A stretch of DNA of 43,368 nt from the NCBI GenBank assembly GCA_013151235.1, contig JAADIO010000002.1, positions 62,001 through 105,368 of the forward strand, read 5' to 3'. This document shows positions 1 through 11,204 of the stretch, in pieces. The stretch is from Deltaproteobacteria bacterium (GTDB lineage Bacteria > CG2-30-53-67). The notes under the pieces were generated by a model. That model saw only the letters and a program-made list of their open reading frames with translations. It had not been told where the DNA came from and did not search any database. How positions within the stretch are numbered: the stretch's first letter is position 1; each line of letters begins with the position of its first letter. The translations under genes and the position numbers were made by a program.

Positions 1-881
1 GTCTTTACCGCGCGCAACAACGGGGCGGCCGGGGCGTCACCGGTATGGGGACCAAGGATGAGGATTTTGTGGAGCGCCTTTTTGTGGCGCAAACCCATGA
101 TTTTATCCTCTTTTTCACCAACATGGGGAAGGTCTACTGGTTAAAGGTACACGAGATTCCCCAGGCGGGTCGGGCCGCCCGGGGGAAGGCAATCGTCAAC
201 CTGCTGCAGATCTCATCCGCAGAGACCATTACCGCCACCCTGCCGGTAAGGGAATTTGATGAAAGCAAATACATCATCATGGCTACCCGCCGGGGGATCG
301 TTAAAAAGACCTCTCTCGCGGCTTACAGTCATCCCAGGACGACCGGGATCATGGCTCTCTCCCTCGATGCCGGTGACCAGTTGATTCGGGTCGGCATTAC
401 CAACGGGGATCATGACATCCTCCTGGGGACCCGTGACGGGATGGCCATCCGATTCCATGAAACCGAAGTACGCCCCATGGGGCGGGTTTCCCGCGGGGTC
501 AAAGGGATCTCCATGCGGAAAGAGGATGAAGTGATGGGCATGGAGGTGGTCAATCCAGGCGAAACCCTGCTCACGGTCACGGAGAACGGATTCGGAAAAC
601 GTACGAAGATCTCCGAATATCCCGTCCAGGGACGCGGCGGCAAAGGGGTGATCACCATCAAAACCACGGAACGCAACGGCGAAGTGATCAACGTCCGGCA
701 GGTCTCCGACGAAGACGACCTGATGATCATCACCCGCAAAGGGCAGATCATCCGGATGAAGATCGCCGGAGTCTCGGTGATCGGACGGAATACCCAGGGT
801 GTCAAATTGATCGGTATTGAAGCAGGAGACAAAGTCACCGGTGTGGCCACCCTTGCAGAAAAGGAAAGTGAAGAGGAATGA
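1..881 (+). CDS. gyrA: DNA gyrase subunit A, C-terminal part (5' truncated by window)
   Basis: Frame is open from base 3 (LYRAQQRGGRGVTGMGTK, a GyrA-box-like QQRGGRG), followed by beta-pinwheel repeats (GRAARG, GRVSRGVKG, GRGGKGV, GRNTQGV). Confidence 0.95.
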   Translation, partial: LYRAQQRGGRGVTGMGTKDEDFVERLFVAQTHDFILFFTNMGKVYWLKVHEIPQAGRAARGKAIVNLLQISSAETITATLPVREFDESKYIIMATRRGIVKKTSLAAYSHPRTTGIMALSLDAGDQLIRVGITNGDHDILLGTRDGMAIRFHETEVRPMGRVSRGVKGISMRKEDEVMGMEVVNPGETLLTVTENGFGKRTKISEYPVQGRGGKGVITIKTTERNGEVINVRQVSDEDDLMIITRKGQIIRMKIAGVSVIGRNTQGVKLIGIEAGDKVTGVATLAEKESEEE

Positions 882-1695
882 TCGCCCGGGAATCCTCCGG
901 TGTCTGTTCATACTCCTTCTTTTGAGTCTTGCCGCCTGCCGGAATGATCCGTCGGAGCAACTGCTCCTCAAGGCCGGAGATGCCTTGCGGGAAGGGCGGG
1001 TGGAAGAAGCACTCTCCGACTACACTCAGGCGGTCTCACGTGATCCCCATACGGAAACTGCACAGGAAGCGAATTACCGGATCGGAGAGATCTACCGTCT
1101 TTTTAAGAACCAGCCGGAAGAGGCGATCGGATTTTTCCGGAAAGCCGCCGACGACGGAAGACTCTCCCGGTATGGAGAAAAGGCGCAAAAGAACATTGCG
1201 GAGATTTATCAGCAGGAATTCAAGGATTACAAAAAGGCCATTCCGGAATTACAGCGCCTCATCGACCGTTTCCCCGCCTCACAGTCGGCCGCAGAGGCGC
1301 AGTACCGAATCGGCCAGAGTTATATGGCGCTGAAACAGTATGATCAGGCCCGCATTGAATATTCCCGGCTGCTTGACCGCTACGGCAGCAGCGAATATCG
1401 GGATGACGGTGCCTACCGGATCGGCGTTGCCTATGAGCGGGAAGGTGATTTCAAAGCCGCCCGGCGGGCATATGAAAGTTTTCTCACCCACTATCCGGAC
1501 AGTCCCCTCGTGCCGAATGTACGCCTTGGACTGGCCAATATTCTGGAGGAATTAGGGGAAATTGACGGGGCACTGAAACAGCTTACCTTACTGGAAAAGA
1601 ACTATCCCAACCAGGAAGTGATCCTGAGAAAGCTTGATGCATTGCTGAAAAAGAAGAATACCGGTAAGACCGTGGGTTTTTCCGAAAAGAAATGA
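868..1695 (+). CDS. TPR-repeat lipoprotein (BamD/CpoB-like)
   Basis: Hydrophobic signal ending in lipobox LAAC; repeated TPR helices (AEAQYRIGQSY, GAYRIGVAY, YPDSPLVP). GTG at 868 preferred to the track start at 817. Confidence 0.75.
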   Translation: MKRNDRPGILRCLFILLLLSLAACRNDPSEQLLLKAGDALREGRVEEALSDYTQAVSRDPHTETAQEANYRIGEIYRLFKNQPEEAIGFFRKAADDGRLSRYGEKAQKNIAEIYQQEFKDYKKAIPELQRLIDRFPASQSAAEAQYRIGQSYMALKQYDQARIEYSRLLDRYGSSEYRDDGAYRIGVAYEREGDFKAARRAYESFLTHYPDSPLVPNVRLGLANILEELGEIDGALKQLTLLEKNYPNQEVILRKLDALLKKKNTGKTVGFSEKK

Positions 1696-1793
1696 TCTTC
1701 ATCCCCTCTCGGGGGAAACCGTTTGACTTCCTCCGGACGGAATGATAATTTATCCGCTCCATTTTTACGGAGGAGAGGGCGCTTTTCACGTGA

Positions 1794-3170
<1,377 letters not shown>

Positions 3171-3180
3171 AGGTCTTTCG

Positions 3181-3266
3181 GGAGGAGTGGCCGAGTGGTT
3201 GAAGGCGGCGGTCTTGAAAACCGTTGTGCGAAAGCACCGTGGGTTCGAATCCTACCTCCTCCGCCA
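3181..3266 (+). tRNA. tRNA-Ser(TGA)
   Basis: GGAGGAG/CTCCTCC acceptor stem, anticodon arm GCGGT-CT-TGA-AA-ACCGT, long variable arm, GGTTCGAATCC, G-CCA end. Confidence 0.97.
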
Positions 3267-3474
3267 GGTTTTTGCGAAGCAAAAACCTATGGCAATTCGC
3301 GATGCGAATTGCAGAACAACAAAAATAAGAAGAGGTAGGATGAGAAACCGGGTTCGACCCCAAGATACCTTCAGAGGAGCCGCCGAAGGCGGCAAGGATA
3401 AGATCTTAAGCGGGACGCGCTGCGTCCTGAAGCGGAGCGGAAGGGCGGAAAGCGCAATCCTACCTCCTCCGCCA
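3267..3474 (+). repeat. tRNA-linked element 1 (208 bp) ending in a 19-bp duplicate of the tRNA-Ser(TGA) 3' end
   Basis: AATCCTACCTCCTCCGCCA at 3248-3266 and 3456-3474; interior homologous to elements 2 and 3. Confidence 0.9.
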
Positions 3475-3547
3475 TTTTGTCGCTTCGCGACAAAATAATC
3501 AATTTGCAAAGCAAATTGTAATATAATTTTACTTCGTAAAATTATCA

Positions 3548-3641
3548 GGAGAGATGGCCGAGTCGGCTGAAGGCGCTCGCCTGCTAAGCGAGTGTAGGGC
3601 TTAACACCCTACCGAGGGTTCGAATCCCTCTCTCTCCGCCA
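3548..3641 (+). tRNA. tRNA-Ser(GCT)
   Basis: GGAGAGA/TCTCTCC acceptor stem, anticodon arm CTCGC-CT-GCT-AA-GCGAG, long variable arm, G-CCA end. Confidence 0.97.
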
Positions 3642-3847
3642 TGTTTTCGTTGCACGAAAACACCAAGTAGTTTGCTTTGCAAATTGCGATAGCCATAAAG
3701 AGAGAGGGTGAGAAGCCTCGCTGGTTCGATCCCAAGATACCTTAATGTGATGGCCGTCGAAGACGGCAAGGATAGATCTAAAGCGGGACGCGCGACACCC
3801 CGTAGCGAAGCGTAGGGGTGGAAAGCGCAATCCCTCTCTCTCCGCCA
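3642..3847 (+). repeat. tRNA-linked element 2 (206 bp) ending in a 19-bp duplicate of the tRNA-Ser(GCT) 3' end
   Basis: AATCCCTCTCTCTCCGCCA at 3623-3641 and 3829-3847; the following 21-nt hairpin is also repeated with 2 changes (3642-3662 vs 3848-3868). Confidence 0.9.
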
Positions 3848-3934
3848 TATTTTCGTTGTACGAAAACATCGAGCAATTCGCTAAGCGGATTGTGATCACT
3901 ATAATGATAGAAAGAGAAAGAGACGAAAACCCGA

Positions 3935-4322
<388 letters not shown>

Positions 4323-4349
4323 CGGTTGAAATTTTTTGAAAAAATTTTA

Positions 4350-4426
4350 GCGCCCATAGCTCAGTTGGATAGAGCGTTGGACTACGAATCCAAAGGTCGC
4401 AGGTTCGAATCCTGCTGGGCGCACCA
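4350..4426 (+). tRNA. tRNA-Arg(ACG)
   Basis: 77 nt; GCGCCCA/TGGGCGC acceptor stem, anticodon arm TTGGA-CT-ACG-AA-TCCAA, A-CCA end. Confidence 0.97.
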
Positions 4427-4446
4427 TCATTTCAGTCTGCTGAAAA

Positions 4447-4956
4447 ATGTCTACGAATGCTACTCAGCTTCTTCCGGTTAAGATCGAGAAGATCCGTCCG
4501 CAGAGTCTATCCCCGGACCACTATTTTATGTGCCGGGCATTAGAGGAGGCGGTCCTGGCCTTGGAGCACCGGGAGGTGCCGATCGGGGCGGTTGCCGTAT
4601 CGGAGGGAGTCATCGTCGGGCGGGGCTATAACCGGAAGGAGACGGACCGGGATGCCACGGCCCATGCCGAGATCCTGGCCCTGCGGGAGGCTTCGGAGAC
4701 CCTCGGTCGATGGAGGCTGACCGATGTGACCCTCTATGTGACGCTGGAGCCCTGCGTCATGTGCGCCGGCGCCATGGTGCAGGCCCGCCTCGGACGACTT
4801 GTCTTCGGTGCTTATGACCGCAAAGGTGGCGCCTGTGGATCGGAGTTCCATATCACACAGGATTTCCGGCTCAACCACCAAGTGGAAACCCGGGGGGGCG
4901 TGATGACGGAGGAAGCGGAACGGCTTCTCTGCACTTTCTTCGCCCGTCTCCGGTAG
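4447..4956 (+). CDS. tadA: tRNA adenosine(34) deaminase
   Basis: EVPIGAV, TAHAE and TLEPCVMCAGAM zinc deaminase motifs; C-terminal FFARLR. Exact start uncertain. Confidence 0.93.
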   Translation: MSTNATQLLPVKIEKIRPQSLSPDHYFMCRALEEAVLALEHREVPIGAVAVSEGVIVGRGYNRKETDRDATAHAEILALREASETLGRWRLTDVTLYVTLEPCVMCAGAMVQARLGRLVFGAYDRKGGACGSEFHITQDFRLNHQVETRGGVMTEEAERLLCTFFARLR

Positions 4957-5070
4957 CCCGGTTGCAGGGTTTGCTTTGGCTTTGATTTTGTCTCTTTTGT
5001 TTGGTATTTTTTCGGGCTCACGCAATTTGCTCCGCAAATTGCTATATGATTTTACGAAGTAAAATTATCA

Positions 5071-5159
5071 GGAGAGATGGCCGAGCTGGTCGAAGGCGCC
5101 TGACTCGAAATCAGGTGTGGGGCAACTCACCGGGGGTTCGAATCCCTCTCTCTCCGCCA
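5071..5159 (+). tRNA. tRNA-Ser(CGA)
   Basis: GGAGAGA/TCTCTCC acceptor stem, anticodon arm CCTGA-CT-CGA-AA-TCAGG, long variable arm, G-CCA end. Confidence 0.96.
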
Positions 5160-5195
5160 TGTTTTCGTTGCACGAAAACATAAAACATTTTGCGT

Positions 5196-5331
5196 CCCCT
5201 CTTCGGGCGAAGAACTTCGGGTCCTGCGCAACAGAAAGGTGTGAACCGGGTCAGGCCGTGATTGGAGCAGCCCTAAGCATTCTCTTTTGTGTGCCGCAGG
5301 GAAGCCTGAAGTTTCTTCGCTCGAAGAGGGG
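5196..5331 (+). ncRNA. ffs: Signal recognition particle RNA (small bacterial type)
   Basis: Long hairpin with GAACC..GTCAGG-CCG-TGAT-TGG-AGCAGC..TAAG helix-8 signature and CCTGCG..GTGCCGCAGG; sits in the typical tRNA-Ser/ffs/dnaX context. Exact ends uncertain. Confidence 0.85.
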
Positions 5332-5357
5332 TTGTAAAGGGAAGGACGATACGGATT

Positions 5358-6998
5358 ATGTCATACCGGGTATTGGCACGAAAATACCGTCCCCAGACCT
5401 TTGAGGAGATCATCGGCCAGGGGCATATTACACGGACCCTCCAGAATGCCATCGAGGCCGACCGGATTGCCCAGGGATTTCTCTTTTCCGGTATGCGGGG
5501 GGTCGGAAAGACCACGCTGGCCCGGGTCTTTGCAAAGGCGCTGAACTGCAAGTCCGGGCCGACCCGAACTCCCTGCAATGCCTGTGATCACTGCCGGGAG
5601 ATCACCGATGGAAACTCGGTGGATGTGATCGAGATCGACGGTGCTTCCAATACCGGTGTCGATGATGTGCGTGAACTTCGTGAAAACGTACTGTATGCTC
5701 CGGCACGAACCCGTTACAAGGTCTATATTATTGATGAAGTACACATGCTATCGAGAAGCGCCTTCAATGCCTTGCTGAAGACTTTGGAGGAACCACCGTC
5801 CCATGTAATCTTCATCTTTGCCACGACGGAACCCCACAAGGTTCCGATTACCATTCAGTCACGCTGCCAGTGTTTCAGTTTTCGAAAAATTCCCCTGCAG
5901 GATGTGGCGGCGCAGTTACTCCATCTTGCGGCATCGGAAGATCTTGAACTGGACCCGGTTGCCGCACAACTGATTGCCCGTGCCTCCGAGGGGAGCATGC
6001 GGGATGCGCAGAGCCTAATGGACCAGGTCGTCTCCTTCTGCGGGACAACCATCACTTCTGCCGAGACACAGAAGGTGTTGGGACTGATCGACCGGCAGGT
6101 GCTGGATGCGTGTACCCGGGCCCTGGTAAAACAGGATGCCGCCGGGGCCCTCGCCTTGGTGGAGGAGTTAAGCAGCGGGGGACAGGATCTGACGGAGTTC
6201 TGCAAGGCGCTGCAATTGCATCTGCGGAACCTGCTGATGATCCGGATTCTGGAGAGCCCGGAAAAGATTACGAGCCTGCCCGCGGAGGAGATCGCCCGTT
6301 TAAAAGAACCGGCGGAGGCCCTGGATGAAGGCCGTCTGATCGCTTTTGTTGAACACCTGAATCGGACGGAGGAGGCGCTTCGGCGGGCGACGACACCGAG
6401 GTTTCTGCTGGAAGTTGCCCTGGTGAAGATGACCCGGATGCAGCCGTTACGGGAATTTCGGGAGATTGCCGACCAACTGCAGGGACTCGAACGACGTCTT
6501 GCCGCCGGACACTCCCCGGCGGAAGGCTCGATTCCGCCTGTGGCGGTCCGGAAGGATGCTGCGATGCAGGTCCCGGACGGAGGCGCTGCCGCCGGGAGCG
6601 TAGCAGATCGCTCGGAAATGGATTGGGAGACGATGGTCCGGCATGCACAAAAGACTTCTCCTCCCGTCGGGTCGATCCTCGAACATGCTTTTTTGAAGAG
6701 CGTCGCGGGTGATCGGATCGAGATCGGTTTTGCGAAAAAGGTTCATCTCGATATGGCACGGAGAAAGATCAAACAGATCCGGGAAATCCTGCAGGGATCT
6801 TTTCATTATGAACCGGCTGTGGAGCTGGTCCTGCATGAGCAACCCGGTTCGACACCGCTGACCCTGCAGGCGAAAAAAAAGGAAGCGGCCCGTGTGAGGA
6901 AGGAGCAGCTCACGCAGGAAAGTCTGCAGCACCGTGTTGTCCGGGAGGCTGTGAAAGTCTTCCATGGCCGGATTACGGAAGTCCGTGAATTCTCCTGA
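5358..6998 (+). CDS. dnaX: DNA polymerase III subunit gamma/tau
   Basis: MSYRVLARKYRP, GMRGVGKTT Walker A, zinc cysteines, IEIDGAS, IIDEVHML, SRC motif. Confidence 0.97.
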   Translation: MSYRVLARKYRPQTFEEIIGQGHITRTLQNAIEADRIAQGFLFSGMRGVGKTTLARVFAKALNCKSGPTRTPCNACDHCREITDGNSVDVIEIDGASNTGVDDVRELRENVLYAPARTRYKVYIIDEVHMLSRSAFNALLKTLEEPPSHVIFIFATTEPHKVPITIQSRCQCFSFRKIPLQDVAAQLLHLAASEDLELDPVAAQLIARASEGSMRDAQSLMDQVVSFCGTTITSAETQKVLGLIDRQVLDACTRALVKQDAAGALALVEELSSGGQDLTEFCKALQLHLRNLLMIRILESPEKITSLPAEEIARLKEPAEALDEGRLIAFVEHLNRTEEALRRATTPRFLLEVALVKMTRMQPLREFREIADQLQGLERRLAAGHSPAEGSIPPVAVRKDAAMQVPDGGAAAGSVADRSEMDWETMVRHAQKTSPPVGSILEHAFLKSVAGDRIEIGFAKKVHLDMARRKIKQIREILQGSFHYEPAVELVLHEQPGSTPLTLQAKKKEAARVRKEQLTQESLQHRVVREAVKVFHGRITEVREFS

Positions 6999-7034
6999 GA
7001 TCCTTCGAGGATGTTCGATTGTTGAGGTACGCTG

Positions 7035-7358
7035 ATGTCCAAAAATATGCTCGGTGATCTGATGCGTCAGGCCCGACAGATGCAGGAGAAGATGAAAGAC
7101 CTTCAGCGGGAGGCCGGAAGCCGGGTGGTCGAGGCCTCATCCGGCGGCGGGATGGTAACGGTACGGATGAACGGCCGTCAGGAACTTCTTTCCCTGCAGG
7201 TTGAACAGGATCTGCTCGACAGCGAGGATTCGGAGATGTTACAGGATCTGATCGTGGCCGCCGTCAATGAAGGGATCCGGAAATCCAGGGAAGTGATGGA
7301 AGAGGAAATGAAGAAGTTGACCGGAGGGCTGAATTTCAATATCCCCGGACTTTTCTGA
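7035..7358 (+). CDS. ybaB: YbaB/EbfC nucleoid-associated protein
   Basis: GGGMVTV and EMLQDLIVAAVN motifs; lies between dnaX and recR. Confidence 0.93.
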   Translation: MSKNMLGDLMRQARQMQEKMKDLQREAGSRVVEASSGGGMVTVRMNGRQELLSLQVEQDLLDSEDSEMLQDLIVAAVNEGIRKSREVMEEEMKKLTGGLNFNIPGLF

Positions 7359-7406
7359 TCCCGCATGCGGCGGGGTTGTCGGCGCGAATGAGGAGAATAC
7401 GGGACG

Positions 7407-8006
7407 GTGGTAGCCTCTTCCCTGACCAGGCTGATCGAAGAGCTGAAACGGCTTCCGGGGATCGGAACCAAGACGGCGCAACGGCTTGCCTTCTTCCTGA
7501 TGAAGATGCCGAAGGATCGGGCCCTGGGGCTGGCCCGGGCGATTGAAGAGGTCAAGGAGAAGATTCGTTTCTGCCGTCGATGCGGAAATCTTGGGGAAGG
7601 GGAGCTTTGTACTGTTTGCCGGGACTCCCGACGGGACGCAACCCTTATCTGTGTGGTTCAGGAGGCGATGGATGTTATGGCTATCGACCGGACGGGAGAA
7701 TACCGGGGTCTCTTTCACGTTCTCCACGGTGCCCTGTCGCCGATGGACAATATCGGCCCCGATGAGTTAAACCTGAGTTCGTTGATGAAGCGGCTGCATG
7801 AGCCGGATGTGCGGGAAGTCATTCTGGCGACAAACCCGACCATTGAAGGAGAGGCGACGGCCCTCTACCTGGCCCGGCTGATTCATGCGAAAACGAGGAT
7901 CAAAGTCAGCCGGATTGCCCACGGCATTCCCATGGGGGGCCATCTGGAGTATGCCGATGAGGTCACCCTCTCGAAGGCGCTGGAGGGGAGACGGGAAATT
8001 CAATAA
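7407..8006 (+). CDS. recR: Recombination mediator RecR
   Basis: LPGIGTKTAQRLAF HhH, C4 zinc finger, Toprim EVILATNPTIEGEATA, LEYADEVTL. Confidence 0.97.
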   Translation: MVASSLTRLIEELKRLPGIGTKTAQRLAFFLMKMPKDRALGLARAIEEVKEKIRFCRRCGNLGEGELCTVCRDSRRDATLICVVQEAMDVMAIDRTGEYRGLFHVLHGALSPMDNIGPDELNLSSLMKRLHEPDVREVILATNPTIEGEATALYLARLIHAKTRIKVSRIAHGIPMGGHLEYADEVTLSKALEGRREIQ

Positions 8007-8059
8007 CGGAAGAGTGGAACGAGCCGCCCTTCCCGATACATCAAAGAAGGAGAATTCTT

Positions 8060-8629
8060 ATGTCGATCACCGAAGTTCGATGGCACGCACGGGCCGGTCA
8101 GGGAGCCGTTACCGCGGCAAAGATCCTGGCGGAGGCAACGATGGCACAGGGAGAATATGTGCAGGCCTTTCCGGAATATGGACCGGAGCGGATGGGGGCC
8201 CCCCTTCGGGCCTACAACCGGATCAGCGATGCCCCCCTGACCATGCACTGTCAGGTGACCAATCCCAATGTGGTCATCGTCGTCGACAGCTCGCTGCTGG
8301 AGACGCAGGACGTGACCGACGGCACACCGGAGGATGCCGTTTTCCTCGTCAACACGACCCACTCCCCCGCGGAGGTTGCCGAAAAACTGGGACGCCCCGT
8401 CGACCGAGTCTTTACGGTGGATGCCACGCAGATCTCCATCGACTGCCTCGGGCGGCCGATTCCCAATACGCCCCTGTTGGGTGCCCTTTCCAGGGCGACG
8501 GGGCTGGTCAAACTTGACGTCCTGTTGACGGACCTGGCGGTGAACCTGAAGAAAAAATTCCCCGAAAAAATCGTGCAGGGCAATACGGCTTCGGTGGAAC
8601 GAGCCTACAAGGAGGTAAAAGGAATATGA
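8060..8629 (+). CDS. porC: Pyruvate/2-oxoacid:ferredoxin oxidoreductase gamma subunit
   Basis: RWHARAGQGAVTA, AFPEYGPERMGAP, IPNTPLLGA. Confidence 0.9.
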   Translation: MSITEVRWHARAGQGAVTAAKILAEATMAQGEYVQAFPEYGPERMGAPLRAYNRISDAPLTMHCQVTNPNVVIVVDSSLLETQDVTDGTPEDAVFLVNTTHSPAEVAEKLGRPVDRVFTVDATQISIDCLGRPIPNTPLLGALSRATGLVKLDVLLTDLAVNLKKKFPEKIVQGNTASVERAYKEVKGI

Positions 8630-8916
8630 GCGGACTCAAAAACTGGAAGGAACTGACTCCCGGCGCCGTCATTGAAGAGGCGGGGAATGCCGCAAAGTAT
8701 GAGACCGGCGGCTGGAGGACCTACCGGCCGGTCCTCGATGAAAAGAAGTGCATTCACTGCCTGAACTGCTGGATCTCCTGTCCCGATACGGCGATTATCG
8801 TCCGGGACGAGAAGATGACCGGCTTCGACTATGATCACTGCAAAGGGTGCGGCGTCTGTGCCGATGTCTGTCCGAAAAAGGTGCAGGCGATCTCGATGGA
8901 ACAGGAAGGAAAATAG
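8626..8916 (+). CDS. porD: Pyruvate/2-oxoacid:ferredoxin oxidoreductase delta subunit
   Basis: TGGWRTYRP; two CxxCxxCxxxCP motifs (YDHCKGCGVCADVCP). Confidence 0.92.
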   Translation: MSGLKNWKELTPGAVIEEAGNAAKYETGGWRTYRPVLDEKKCIHCLNCWISCPDTAIIVRDEKMTGFDYDHCKGCGVCADVCPKKVQAISMEQEGK

Positions 8917-8927
8917 AGGGAGATATC

Positions 8928-10109
8928 ATGGGACAACGAGTAGCAATGACAGGAAACATCGCCATGGCCAACGCCATGCGCCAGATCAACCCGGATGTGT
9001 GTGCCGCCTATCCGATCACACCCTCCACCGAGATCATGCAGCAGTTTTCAAGTTTTGTGGCGGACGGATTGGTAAAGACGGTCCTGGTGCCCGCCGAGAG
9101 TGAGCACAGCGCCATGAGCGCCTGTATCGGCGCCGCCGCCGCCGGCGGCCGGGTGATGACGGCCACCTCTTCCCAGGGACTGGCCCTCATGTGGGAGATG
9201 CTCTTCATCGCGGCGGGGAACCGGCTTCCCATCGTACTGGCCATGGCCAACCGGGCCTTGTCCGCCCCGATCAATATTCACGGCGATACCTCCGATGCCA
9301 TGGGGGCACGGGACTCCGGCTGGATCCAGATCTTCTCGGAAAATGGTCAGGAAGCCTATGATAATCTGATCCAGGCCGTGCGCATCGCCGAGCATCTTGA
9401 TATACGTCTCCCCGTCATGGTTGGGATGGACGGTTTCATCATCAGCCACTCCATCGAGAGCATGGAGTTGTTAGACGATGAAAAGGTACGGGATTTCGTG
9501 GGAGAATATACCCCGAGTCGGCCTCTTCTTGACATTCAACATCCCCGGACCTACGGTCCCCTCGATCTGCAGGATTATTACATCGAACACAAACGGCAGG
9601 AATACGAGGCAATGAAAAATGCCAAGTCGGTGATCCTGGAAGTGGCGAAGGATTTTTCGAACCGCTTCGGCCGGGAGTACGGCCTCTTTGAGGCGTACCA
9701 TCTTGATGATGCCGAGGTCGCCATCGTGGTCTTGAACTCCGCGGCCGGGACCGTCAAGACGGTTATTGAAGAACTGCGGGCCGACGGGGTGAAGGCGGGT
9801 CTGTTGAAACCCAGGGTCTTTCGCCCCTTCCCGGCGGAGGAGATCGCCGCCGCCCTCTCCGGTGTCAAGGCGGTCTGTGTAATGGACCGGGCCGACGGGG
9901 TCAATGCCGTCGGCGGACCCCTTTTCCCGGAATTCCGTTCCGCCCTGTATGATGCAACTCCCCGTCCGATGATCATCAACAAGGTTTTCGGGCTCGGCGG
10001 GCGCGACCTCGGTCTGCACCATGTACGTGAGGTCTTCGCCGAATTAGGGAAGATTGCCGAAACCGGAAAGATTGAAACCCTGGCCGAATACATTACTGTT
10101 CGAAACTGA
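8928..10109 (+). CDS. porA: Pyruvate/2-oxoacid:ferredoxin oxidoreductase alpha subunit
   Basis: AAYPITPST, ESEHSAMS, TATSSQGL, NRALSAP; ATG at 8928 follows GAGGGAG. Confidence 0.92.
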   Translation: MGQRVAMTGNIAMANAMRQINPDVCAAYPITPSTEIMQQFSSFVADGLVKTVLVPAESEHSAMSACIGAAAAGGRVMTATSSQGLALMWEMLFIAAGNRLPIVLAMANRALSAPINIHGDTSDAMGARDSGWIQIFSENGQEAYDNLIQAVRIAEHLDIRLPVMVGMDGFIISHSIESMELLDDEKVRDFVGEYTPSRPLLDIQHPRTYGPLDLQDYYIEHKRQEYEAMKNAKSVILEVAKDFSNRFGREYGLFEAYHLDDAEVAIVVLNSAAGTVKTVIEELRADGVKAGLLKPRVFRPFPAEEIAAALSGVKAVCVMDRADGVNAVGGPLFPEFRSALYDATPRPMIINKVFGLGGRDLGLHHVREVFAELGKIAETGKIETLAEYITVRN

Positions 10110-10126
10110 ACCGCAAGGAGTCTATC

Positions 10127-11071
10127 ATGTCCAAACTGACACTCAAGGAACTTTCCAAACAGGAGGAACTCTTAAGCGGAGGGCACAGACTCTGTGCCGG
10201 GTGCGGCGCTTCCATTATCGTCCGCCAGATCCTCTTGGCCGCCGAGGACCCCGTGGTCGTGACGAGCGCCACCGGGTGTCTCGAAGTGGCCACGACCATC
10301 TTCCCCTACACTGCCTGGAAGGTCCCCTTTTTCCATTCAGCCTTTGAAAATTCCGCCGCCACGGCGTCCGGTGTTGAGGCCATGTATCAATCCCTCAAAA
10401 AACAGGGAAAGATCAAAGAGAAAATCAAGTTTATCGCCTTCGGCGGTGACGGGGGGACCTACGACATCGGTTTCCAGTCTCTTTCGGGAGCACTGGAGCG
10501 GGGTCATGATTTTACCTATATTTGTTACGACAACGGGGCCTACATGAACACCGGGATTCAGCGGTCGAGTTCGACCCCGATCGGCGCTGCGACGACGACC
10601 AGCCCCGCCGGTAAGGTGGTGCCCGGCAAGATGCAGCACCGGAAGAACCTGACGAAGATCGTGGAGGCCCACAATATCCCCTACCTGGCCCAGGCAAGTC
10701 CCTCCAAACCGATGGATCTGATGAAGAAGGTTCGCAAGGCCCTGGCCACGGAAGGTCCCTGTTTTCTGAACATTGTTTCCCCCTGCAACCGGGGATGGCG
10801 TTCCGCCCTGGATGGAGCGATCCGGGAATCCCAGCTTGCCGTCGATACTTGTTTCTGGCCCCTGTATGAAGTCGAAGAGGGGAAGGTGAAGATTACCTTT
10901 AAACCGAAGGAGAAAAAACCGATCGAAGAGTGGCTGAAGGTCCAGGGGCGTTTCAAACATCTCTTCAAGCCGGAAAACGGATGGATCATCGAAAAAATGC
11001 AAAAAAGGATCGACCACGACTGGGAAAAACTTCTGGCCCGCCATGAGGCGGATCAGCCCGTGAAAGAGTAG
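10127..11071 (+). CDS. porB: Pyruvate/2-oxoacid:ferredoxin oxidoreductase beta subunit
   Basis: GHRLCAGCG, ATGCLEV, TPP-binding GGDGGTYDIG, YDNGAYMNTGIQRS. Confidence 0.92.
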   Translation: MSKLTLKELSKQEELLSGGHRLCAGCGASIIVRQILLAAEDPVVVTSATGCLEVATTIFPYTAWKVPFFHSAFENSAATASGVEAMYQSLKKQGKIKEKIKFIAFGGDGGTYDIGFQSLSGALERGHDFTYICYDNGAYMNTGIQRSSSTPIGAATTTSPAGKVVPGKMQHRKNLTKIVEAHNIPYLAQASPSKPMDLMKKVRKALATEGPCFLNIVSPCNRGWRSALDGAIRESQLAVDTCFWPLYEVEEGKVKITFKPKEKKPIEEWLKVQGRFKHLFKPENGWIIEKMQKRIDHDWEKLLARHEADQPVKE

Positions 11072-11204
11072 AGGAAAAGAGAGGGGAAATTAAATGATTG
11101 TAATTTATCTAACTCCATGTTATATATAATATATTAGCAATTTCGCCGATCCGCCCCAATCTTACGAGCCCTTCTTGAAAGAGGGTCCATTCAAGAGGTT
11201 CACC

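Noticed and set aside
8060-11071. POR operon directly after recR as a novel system
   Set aside because: It is a standard gamma-delta-alpha-beta operon; adjacency alone gives no evidence of a functional link.
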